DNA of 64,000 bases from Hormiphora californensis (Eukaryota > Animalia > Ctenophora). Position 1 is the first letter of the stretch, and each line of letters opens with the position of its first letter. Position numbers and translations under genes: made by a program. Below, one piece after another: positions 10,601 to 21,560 of the stretch. The stretch is taken from the NCBI GenBank assembly GCA_020137815.1, contig CM035350.1, positions 7,998,001-8,062,000 on the forward strand, read 5' to 3'. Below the pieces are notes generated by a model, which was not told the origin of the DNA, ran no database searches, and saw only the letters and a program-made list of their open reading frames with translations.

Positions 10601-13600
10601 AATGGCAACCAATCAAATAAAACCCTCTACACCAAACCAAAGTTAACTCACCTGTAGAACTACAAGATTAACAATTTCTTTGAGGGAGCTGTGTCTAACG
10701 AGTCTCGTCCAGTTGCTATGGATACGGTTAGATGTATCCACGTAGTGGTGAATCTTACTGTCAACATACACCTGAAATGAGAGGTGTGTAACTAAACAAG
10801 AAATGAGTGTTTGAAGTGAGACAGGAATAGAGTTGTACTGTTCCCCTTTTTCTGCACAAAATAGGGTAGAAGTTGCCCTACTCGACCCTGTTTCACCCGT
10901 CACCGTGCACATTTAGAACAATAACGGGTGACAACTAAAAATCTCGACTTTTTTGTGAGCTCTAGCACCAACCCCGTTTGAGATACAGCTATAGTATAAT
11001 TTTTCAGACAATTTTGAAACAGAACAACACAACGGGAAAGAAGTTGTCTCACAGGCTACTGCCCTCACTGAACCGGTCCGACTGATTACAGTCATCAGTC
11101 ATGACAATTGACAAGAAGCGAATCAAGAGATGAGATTAGATTGAACACACATGTTTTGCAATACAATTCACAAACACGTACCGGCCAGAGGGAGTCTGGT
11201 TTCTTGTGGGTAGTTGCATCCTGTAGGGTAACAGTCCTACCCACTACACAACCAATGATAACCCCAGCACCAAATCCCTTACTGGGACAGGCACTTATTG
11301 TATTATCCTCTGCAACTCTGGGGGGAGAGGAGGAAACATTATTATTGAATTCCGAATAATTTGTTTTGAACCCTTACTTATTTCCCAATAATTAATGTAT
11401 TTGTGTTGAATGCCCCCTGCGGCCTGCTTACCTGCTCTCGATTCCCTCGGGAAGATGGAACATTTGACGGATACCATGTCCACGTGGGTAGATCTCTCGG
11501 AGGTAGAGTAGGGTTGGGTAGAGCCTACACTCGGGGTGGCTACATGGTAGTGGGTCACACACTGAGAACAGGGAGGAGGGGTTAGTAAATAGAAAAATTA
11601 TCCAAGCCAAAACTACCTACCCATAAAGTAGGGATCAAGGGGTAGGAAGCTCTCCTCGGGTTGGGCAGTCATCTCCTCCTGGGTGAGTCTCATCCTCTTG
11701 GTCTTGGGCTCGGGCACCCACTCTTCAATCTCTTTCCAGAACTTGCTCCTCGTTAGGTTCTGTTGCTGGGACAGGGACCGTTATAGTCACGTACGGATAT
11801 CAACAAAACAAATTACTGAATTTATACACTGGGTGGCAAGTCCCATAAAACTGGTGTTGGTTCTAATATATATATATTCGTTATAAAGGAACATCTTCCC
11901 TCCCTCTACTGGTTCTAATATCTATTCGTTATCTTCCCTCCCTCTCTATCTCTAACCTGTAACTGATTTTCATCGTGGTACCGGACCCCGGGTACAGCCA
12001 GCTGAGTATCATCAGTATCTCCTCCTCGCGAGATGTTCCTCCTCCATATAGGACCGTGGAGGGGGTTGCTGAACAGTGTGTTGTAGCTCCCTGCCCTGCT
12101 GGGGTGGTGGACACACTAGGTGTTTCTTGGGCTGCCTGCTCGCACCCCCGGCAGCCCCTCCTCCCCTAGACCTGTTGGACATGATCACCTCGGTGCTGGA
12201 ATACTCGCCCCCATCTCCACCCTGGACATGATAGTGGACCCTCTCCTGCTCATCTACCACTAACTGCATGTTATCACCATCTATCTCGACATCTTCGAAA
12301 CCCTCGATATCCTCCTCGATGACGTGGGCAATGACCTGGTTACTGGGTTCAATAACCTCGTGACCCTCCTCCACGACCATCTTGTTAGGGGCTCCACCAC
12401 CACCACCTGCCCCTCCCTCCGCTCCCTTCTTGAAGTATTTACCACTCTTCCGTTTGGGCAGCCTCATGAACTTCTTCTTGGGGCTGCCTCCGTCCTTCTT
12501 TTCATGGGACCAGGACTTCCTGCTGCGTTTACCACCCGCACCAGAAGTAGGGAGCTGGTCTTCCTTCAGTCGGATCTCAATGGAGTTGTTCCCGTACTGG
12601 ATGTCTACGTCATTCCTTCCTTTCTGACCCTGGTCTAGAGGGGAAAAATATAATTGGAGTTAATACACTACTATCTGGATCGACAGAGCGAAATACATAT
12701 TTTTTATGTATAGAGGGGATGGGGCTGTGGGAAAAAGGACACCTACCCTCTCCGGACATGATCATATCGGGTAGCTGATCAGTGATGTATTCCTGTTCAG
12801 CGCCCTCTGGTAGTTGGATATCCTGGTCGGTGGAGAACACAACCACACCGTTATCAGAGTAGGTTACCTTGTTACAGATCACACTTGAACCATCCTGAGA
12901 ATGGGTGGTAGAAGGGGTGAGTAGAAAGTGTACAAATAGTGGAGGGTTAGGAATCATAACGAGGTTATATAAGATCACTTCTCTCCGAGGAGAGCTGCCT
13001 ATAATTGGGTCTTAACGTATACTGCTGATATATAATATCGTACCTCATTGTAGATGACAATGGGGTGATTCCCCATGTCTTGAAGTGATGTCAACTCACT
13101 GGAATCCTGACTAACAATCACAATCTGGCTACCCTCCGGTACTGAGAAGATAGAGTTAGAATATAATAATATTGGGGGGGGGGGGGAAGGGTATATCAAT
13201 ATTATTAATATCTGAGAACCTGTCACTTCTTCTCAATTAACAACATATCACAACTACTTACTGTTGATCATATGTTGTTCCCCGTCCATCTCCTCTGGAT
13301 TAACTATCTCCTCTATCTGTCCGTCTACAGTTGTAACCAACCGTCCATCAACTATCTGCCCCTCTATCAACTGTCCCTCCATTCCCTCCCCAGCGGTCCC
13401 TATCTCCTCAGGCTGCTGCTGCTCCTCCCCCGGAGGTAAATCCACGATACCATCAGCCTGTTGTTGTCGTGGTATCTCCTCTTCCTCCATAACAGCAGCC
13501 TCCACCTCATGTTCCACCAGCTGTCTGTCTCCCCCCTCCTCAGGGGGTGGAATCACTATATCACCCTCCACATCTTCCTCAATAGACATGACCACTTCAG

Positions 13601-13712
13601 AGGGAGGTGCCATTATTTCCTCAGAAGGAGGTTCCATTTCTACCTCAGAGTGAGGTGCCACCTCTACTTCTGTCTGCTGTTCCAAAACTGGCGGCTCACC
13701 TTCATCCGACAT
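7664..13712 (-). CDS. PR/SET-domain C2H2 zinc-finger protein (PRDM-like), multi-exon
   Basis: Acidic N-terminal exons (from 13712); PR/SET motifs VYVDSKIHHYVDTSNRIHSNWTRLVRH (~10652-10772) and YLLTVRRIDAGDELVVW (~10290-10413); zinc fingers CYECGSMFKSPTGIQDHVRHVH (~9700) and CMTCFKKFGSQSSHKKHM (~9000); AT-hook-like RRGRP. Last exon EESSSANNNAKQTPLGGMAQFA* ending at 7664 is inferred. Confidence 0.8.
10125..10290. repeat. Intronic compound minisatellite next to a PR-domain exon
   Basis: GTACCAGGGTCAGTG units alternate with CAGTGATAGTATGAACTGTGAGCA and TGTGTG spacers. Confidence 0.8.
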
Positions 13713-13836
13713 GATGAGCTAGAGAACAAAGTTGAGGGGTGATTTGAGTGAAGAATAAACAGCTACGATTTTGTAAAAAGTTATATCAAAAACACAGTAA
13801 TAAGTTACACATTACACAAACCACCATAAAGATATT

Positions 13837-14523
13837 TCAAGCCTTGTATGCAATTAAAGACGGAGTCACGGTATCTTCCCCAGTTGCTACAATCACAGCC
13901 TTCCTAATGACCTCCATAAAGGGATAGGACACATCCGTGTATCCGAATACAAAATACAAAACTGGGATTACACAGGCAGATGCTGCGAGAAGCTGCAAAT
14001 AAGGACGAGAGTAGAACACAGACAACCGCGAATACGTGAAAGTATCACTCGGACTTTTCTTCACCGGTTTTCTTATCTTTTCAAGTAAATCATAGTTTGT
14101 GGTCGTCCCAACAAGTGTCCGAAATTTGTGGCCATCAATTGTGAACTTGCGTGTGATCGGGGAAAACTTGCACAGGGATAGTGGTGCGGTTATTGAATTT
14201 CCCAATGTGTTGACACACCGTATCCTATTGTTTGATTCCAAATAAATATCAGTAACTGTGTTAGCTTGGTAAGCTACTGAAAGAGAAGACGTGACCCAGG
14301 GAGCTGCAGTGATGCTTAGGAGGAACGGATGGGAGGGGAAGTCTAGGAAGGGCACTCCAACACCGGATACCATGAGAAGAATGTGAGGGGCAGCGGCAGC
14401 AGAGAAATGCCAAGCATCGATAACACATCTGGAAGCCATCCACGACCATTTTCCGGATCGTACAATGGCTTTTGAAGGTAGCCGAGCTACTTTGGAAATA
14501 CATCTAATAGTTTGGTTCATCAT
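13837..14523 (-). CDS. Intronless 228-aa membrane protein, possibly mitochondrial (TMEM70/186/223-like)
   Basis: Basic presequence-like N-terminus, two hydrophobic segments followed by VTDIYLESNNRIRCVNTLG, and a C-terminal TM segment. Family assignment is tentative. Confidence 0.6.
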   Translation of the reverse strand: MMNQTIRCISKVARLPSKAIVRSGKWSWMASRCVIDAWHFSAAAAPHILLMVSGVGVPFLDFPSHPFLLSITAAPWVTSSLSVAYQANTVTDIYLESNNRIRCVNTLGNSITAPLSLCKFSPITRKFTIDGHKFRTLVGTTTNYDLLEKIRKPVKKSPSDTFTYSRLSVFYSRPYLQLLAASACVIPVLYFVFGYTDVSYPFMEVIRKAVIVATGEDTVTPSLIAYKA

Positions 14524-14805
14524 ACTGTGAAATCAGGTCATCTCTAAAGAGGGAATTGTTGCAGTGATTATCGCTGTGCTAAGACCAACAGCATTACGTA
14601 CGTTGCAATCGTGCCGAGTGAGCTGACGACCGAGAAACACATTTTTGGTCGCAATTTCAGAGCAGTCAGCAGAAACCGTTTATCTTTTAGGAATAAATTA
14701 AGCAAAACAGGATGAGAAAATGAATGACGTCAACAGGCAACAGCTGATGAAAGATGTGGGAAAGGATTTATATTAACTTTTCGGTTTTCGAGACACTGAA
14801 GTCTG

Positions 14806-15155
14806 GCGCGGGATAAGGCAGCGCTTTTCAAGAACGAAAGCGGAAATTTTAAAGAGAAAAGTGAAAACAAAGAATGTTCAAATTTCAAAATATGGAGTCG
14901 CGCGCGACTCCATATTTTGAAATTTGAACATCGCGTGCTTGTATTTGCAGCGTTTAAACAAATTTTTTAGCCGCGGCATTTAATTTACTCGAGTTTGCAG
15001 CGTAAATTTCAAAATGCGTCCGCGCAGCCCGCTTAAAATCTCATATCATTTATCAGCTCTTGATTTCTGAAAAATTTAAAATGTTCAAAATTTACTTGAA
15101 AAGCGCTGCCTTGTCCCGCTGCCTTATGGCTTATCCTGCTGCCTTATCCCGCGCT
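14806..15155. repeat. Inverted-repeat element with a 58-bp perfect central palindrome, in the divergent intergenic region
   Basis: GCGCGGGATAAGGCAGCGCTTTTCAAG (~14806) is inverted at ~15095-15155; perfect palindrome at 14874-14931; the terminal motif recurs at ~37086. Confidence 0.75.
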
Positions 15156-15558
15156 ATCGGGGGCCAGCAACGTTTGCCAAAAAATTTACAGATCTTAAAA
15201 AGTTTGAAAAGCGCTTGAAAACCTATCGGGGGCCAGCAACGTTTGCCAAGAAAAGCGCTGCCAAGTGCCAGCAGCGTTGAGCGTTTGCCAATTCACAAAT
15301 CACAACTTTATTAAACAATTCTACAGTCCAATTTCTAATTTAAGAGAGAGGCCGCTACGAATTGAAAAAATCGTGCGGTGTAACACGTTTGTGCGTGATA
15401 TTCGAAATCGAGATTCGAGTTCCTAACAAGCTTTAGAAAGATAAATTTAAGACATTTTCAACGCAACCCAATATCAAGTCTTTATCTTATCAGGGTCTGG
15501 AGATATGATCAAAAAGGTTTGTTCGACCGTCGAAATATTTATTACATTACTTTTAGGG

Positions 15559-18500
15559 ATGAGAATCAAGGAGATATCTCGGACCTCCAACCTATCATGG
15601 AGTCCCAGGGGTGTCTACCCGATGTACCTGGCCGCAGGGACTAGTGCAAAACAGCTGGATGCCTCTTTCAGCTCGTCCTCTTGTCTAGAATTGTTTGAAG
15701 TTGATCCCTCGGCGAAAGGATGGGAAATGCCCGTGAGGGGGTCCCTCAATGTCGCCTCAAGGTGAGTTATAAATCCACACATTCTTTTTAGACTGGCTGT
15801 AGACTGTAGTTGGGAACTGTTTCAGATTAATTTCAGATGAGTTAATAAAATAATGTTTTAGATTCAATGCTATTAAATGGGGCTCAGCTGACACTGAGTA
15901 TGGTGTTATCGCTGGTGGAGGGGACAGCGGAGTTATCTCCCTGTGGGATCCTGCTAAGATTCTGGCAGGCGATGAGCAGCCCTTAGTGGCTGAACTACCT
16001 AAACACTGCGGGCCTGTCCGGTCACTGGACTTCAATCCCACTAAAAAGTGTTTGTTGGCATCGGGTGCCAGTGCTAGTGAAATCAATATAGTGGACATTA
16101 ATAACCCTACTGTTCTTATGACGCCTGGCCCTAAAGCACAGGTATGCAATAACAAGTATGATCTGCATTAATGACGTCACTCTTATCTCACCTAACCCCC
16201 TCTACAGTCTACTCAGCCTGATGAAGTCACTATAAATATACCACCTGCTCCCCCTCAGCCTGATGACGACGTTGTTGCTCTTGCTTGGAACCACCAAGTG
16301 GAACACATCCTCTGTTCCGCCCACCCTGGCTCTGCCAGGTGTATAGTATGGGATCTACGGAAGAATGAGGCTATAATCCAGGTGTCTGATGCGTCCAATA
16401 GGGTCCGGTGCAGTTGTGTAGCATGGCATCCTGACGTGCCAACTCAGTTACTGACATGTTCCGATGAGGATAGGTACCCAGTTATTCAAGTGTGGGATCT
16501 CCGCTTTGCTACAGCCCCTACCATGGTAATATATTTGGAATAATTGCTGACAAGATATATTATCACGGCGAAAAATTTTATTTTACAGAGGGTTAGAAGT
16601 TCTAACTTAGAACATACCAAGAACAATCCAATAAATCTGCCTGTTCTCTACTAACCAGTTTCTATCCACAGATTATGGAGGGACATCAAAGGGGTATCCA
16701 GACGTTAGCATGGTGTGAGAGTGACAGTGGGCTGCTTCTAACCAGTGCCAGAGACGACACCATGATCTGTTGGAATCCCAACAATAACGTGCACGGGGGT
16801 GAGAGATTGGTTGAGTTCACCGCCCCTAGCCAGTGGACATTTGATATGGAGTGGTGTCCCAGGAACCCCTATTTGATTGCCTCCTCCTCCTTCTCTGGCC
16901 GCATGTCTGTGGTGTCCCTGTTCGGTGGCGATGAGGAGATTCCAGCTCAGCCACGTGCCAGGATGAGCAGTGACCCTTTCGCTGCCCCGCCACCACCCCC
17001 ACCACAACAAATGAACATACCAGCCATGACCCGGGCTCCAAAGTGGCTGATGAAGCCTTGTGGGGTTTCCTTTACATTTGGTGGCAAGCTTCTCTCTTTC
17101 CAATCTACATCTTCTGAGGTACCATCATTTTCTAGGAAATTTGACTTGCGTGGAAAAGTTTCCTTTTCAGTCAAGTTCAATAATTAGTATTATATTATTT
17201 CCCAGTACCTGAAGAGGTAGACTATCTTTCATTTCACCAGGTGACCATCAGCCAAGTAACAACGGACCCTGAACTGTTGGCGAGGAGCCAGAAACTGGAC
17301 TGTGCCCTCCAGGAGAACACCATGTCAGAGTTCTGTTCGGAGAAAGCAGAACAGAGTGATCAGGAGAAGGACAAACAAATATGGAGCTTCCTAAAGGTAT
17401 TTATTCTCACTTCATTCACACGACATAATATGTACTTCCCACAGCCAACTCATGTATTAACGTTTTCAGTCTACATTTGACAGTAAGCCGCGGCAGCGAT
17501 ATCTAGAGTTACTGGGCTACAAGGTGGAGGACTTGGGTGATTTAGTAAAGGGTGTTACTGAGACTGTCAGTGAGATGACCCTGGATAGCGACACTGCAAT
17601 CATCAATAAAAGTGATGCTGATAGCGCTTCTGAAAAGGTACGTGAACCAGGAATGTGGTCATGTTATTACAGCACAGTGCTTTTTGTTGGGATGCATGTA
17701 TTGGGCACAACTAATTCTATCCTGCATATACAACATCGCTATTGCACGATATCTGGCTGTCTCACAAATCCAGCCTCCCAAACTAAGGGAGGTCCCCATT
17801 ATTATTATACAGGGCTCTGACAAGGATGTTTCTGAGATACTAGAAGATAATGACACTGGTATTATTAAGCAGGTGAGATGGATTTTGAGAGAGAGGGAGC
17901 TGTGGAGTGTGTTTTTTAGTTGGCATTTTTGCAATGATCATTTTCACACATAGTTAATCATTAGATTATCAGTATACTGCTTCAATTTTTAATGTTTTGC
18001 TATTTTAATGGTTTCAAACAATTCGTCCTCGCAAAAGTATTTGTTTATTATTTGTGGTTACTCAACACCATCCTAGCCGTGGTTACGAAGTCACCCCTTT
18101 TATTATAGCGCGGAGGGGTAATTTCATTACCAAATCCTAGCCGTGGCCCTTATTTCAGGTCCCTATCTCTATTGACACCAGTACTGGAGTAGATGGTCTG
18201 ATATGCCGAGCCATGCTACTGGGACAGTTTGAGCTGGTGGTAGAGCTCTGTTTGAAAGCAGGGAGAATGGCAGATGCCCTGGCAGTAGCGATGGCCGGGG
18301 GTAGAGAGTTGTTCCAGAAGACTCAACAAGAATACTTCAGACAGGCAACGTCTCCCAGTGCTGCGGTGAGTGTGTTTATCATACAGAGCTAGACACACAC
18401 TGTAGATCGTGTGGTTACTGTTGTAGTGCATGACAAAGCAATGTTCATTAGAACTGTAAAATGAAATAAAATTTCTACCACCTATCCCGGTGTCCCAAAT

Positions 18501-21154
18501 AGAGGAATACGGGAATACCATTCCCGTCGGCCAAATTGTCTCATGGCCGATTTTCGGCGATTTTTTCACATCCGAGGACTTCAAAAAGTAGCTCACGTGA
18601 TTCAGCGTACCAAAATTAGTGGGGATAGTGGGTAATGACATTGCCATAATGCATCCTTCAGAATCACCAATTAACATCCAATTATGTCAATTAGCACCCT
18701 AAATTGGCATCAGAGGATTTTAAAAAGTAGCTCACGTGATTCAGCGTACCAAAATTAGTGGGGTTTGTGGTCAAGCTTGATTGTTTGATATTTTTCATGA
18801 AATTTCAATTTTTGACCAATTATGTTCAATTATTGCCAATTACAGGGGCTGATAGTGAGACCGCAGAATCTGTCGTGTGCTGCGCACAAAAGACTAGCAA
18901 ATTTGAGTGGGTTGTACGGAAAAGCTTGCTGAGAGAGCAAATAACGGAATTTTTCCAAATTTTTTTCACTGTGGGATTCACAAGACCGTCACCTACAGCC
19001 CAGTGAAATCCCCGTGAAAAACGGTTAATTACAAGGTTCGCAGTGATCAAAACCGTAAACAACTTCATTTTTCAGTTTTCTTCATTTTTGAGAGGGTAGA
19101 GCTCTTTACCACACTGTCACTCAAAATTGAGATAGAAAATCGAAAAAAATCGTCAAGTGTGTATCTCAAATTGTCCATTCTTTCGATTCCCGGGTTTTTT
19201 GAAACTCCTAGGGCAAACCGTCTAGGGTGCAACCTCAAAAAACTTTGAAAACACCGTTTTTTTGAGCGCCGGATGAATTCTGCGGTCTCACTCAAAGTCA
19301 CGTGACTTAGGACTAATTAGGCAAGTGAGAGCTGGGTTGTGAGACCGCAGAATGTGTTGTAATTCGTATATTCATATGAATCTCTCTCTCTCCCTCTCTT
19401 CAACACCACATTCTCTCCTTTTTGGTTGAGTGTACGTTCAAAAGCAAGAGAAGATAGAAGAGAGAAGAGGGAAACACACCCCAAGGGGGGGCTGTATGAA
19501 GAGTCTTTGACCTTTCACTAGATAAAGTTGATCAGAAACGGGGTAAGAGTGCAGTGGCAGTGGCTGTAGTAATTTTGTACAAAAGAAAAAATATAGTCAA
19601 AGCTTCAGCATCTGCCGATCTCATCTCCTCTCACTTCTCTCTGCACTCACTATCTCTCTCTCTCTCTCTCTCTTTCTCTATCCTCTATTCTCTCCGCATA
19701 TACTCTCTCTCTCTCTTTTCTAGCTCTCGATAAAATCATAAGGCCTGGAAAAAGCATGGATTATCTCTGAAATCCTACTTTGTTTTCTTGAAGTTTTTAT
19801 TGAAAAAAGCCGAGAGACCGCGCAGAGAGTTCGAGAGCACGACGAGACCAGGAACTTACGTAGCGCACCCTATCCCGACCGAGACGAGATTGCTTCTTAG
19901 AGAAGGAGAGAGGACTAGAGACGGCCTTTGAGTTCTGTGGTCGTCCGCGATTGATTCTTGCTCCTAGCGCGCTCGATGCCTAGATGAGAGTGAGCGAACG
20001 AGTCTTATCGTACTTCCGCACTTTTGTTAACCCTCGAGACTCTTCTTCTTGTTGGATTCGTGATGAGAGACGGGATGATCCTTAGAGAGGGAGGATCACG
20101 AGACGTCCAGATCGGATTGATCTGACGTGCTCGCTTTACGACGGAGATAGATGCCGAGATGGCCCGATGAGGAGAAACGGATTGACTAGTTTCCCCGTAT
20201 GTGAGCCGCGCATTCACTGATCGAGGTAAGGAAATTGATTGTCTGCTGTTGAGTCGAGACGCAGTTGTAGCTCACTCTGGTTCGTAAGATTTTTCCTCTT
20301 CCCCCACGATCTGGATACTAGCATGACTCTCAGGAACCGGACGAGTGGAGTTGTTGGGATAGTAGTCAGAGTTAGCCGTTTCTGACTGGGTGATCAGCGC
20401 GGCTCGATGGGCATGATGGGTTGGTGTCTCGTGAGGAGAGGACGTGACGAGGCGACGGACGTGAGGGAGACGAGAGAGAGAGAGAGAGAGAGGGGGTCTC
20501 TCTCACTAGTTGAGATCAAGCCAAAAGGCTAGAGAAAGAGAAGGAGCTTGAGTGGCTGGTTGTAGCGGCCAAGCCCTTTACAGAACAGAGGGGTGCGAGA
20601 TGCCCAAGAGGTTGATAATAAACTACTGCCAGTACCCAGAGATGAGGTCCAAGCTATGTTGACCTTCTTCATGCACCGTGGTATGTGCGTCCAGACGAAT
20701 GTGGAGCAAGATTACATCTCTCTTATTCTATCATCACCCGAAGAGAAGATAGTAACACTGGGTGGCCATAAAAATGAGGACAATTTCTGAGGATCAATCA
20801 TGAACCCAGACAAAATACGAGTACCTAGATCTTCTTAGTCGTATTCCCTCCCATCTCTCATTATCTGGGTGGGTTGTTAGGATTACGGTATAGCCAGGGG
20901 GAGACGCAAGTGCCCAGTAACCCTAGATTGTCAGAATGTCTCTCAGTCTCGAAAAGAAGAGAGAGTCGAGAGGAGAGAGAGGCGCGAGGAGAGATAGAGA
21001 GAAGACGCTGAGCGATCGCTAGCAGCGATGCGCTGCGTGGATATAGAAGAGTCTCTATATAGAGAGGATATCGTAGCTAGCTAGAGACGAGATATATCGC
21101 GCGATATCTCTAGCAGAGACTCTCTTCTCTCTCGGCTTCTCTCTCGCTCTATTC

Positions 21155-21185
<31 letters not shown>

Positions 21186-21318
21186 TCGCGCTCTCTCTAT
21201 CTCTCCTCCTCTCGCTCTCTCTCGGCTCTATCTCGCTCTCTCACACACCCAATCAAGCTCCTTCTTTTTCTTTTCCCTTGGTGATCTCAATAGATGAGAG
21301 GCCCCCCTCCCCTTCTCA

Positions 21319-21391
<73 letters not shown>

Positions 21392-21510
21392 CAATAAAAA
21401 CTTCAAGAAAAACAAAGTAGGATTTCAGAGATATCCAGGCTTTTTCCAGCCTTATGATTTATCGAGAGACTAGAAAAGAGAGAGAGAGAGAGAGATAGAG
21501 AGAGAGAGAT

Positions 21511-21560
<50 letters not shown>

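Noticed and set aside
19810-21300. Scrambled AG/CT-rich sequence (also ~51455-51560 and ~24590-24900)
   Set aside because: Looks like low-accuracy consensus over microsatellites or hairpins; not interpretable.
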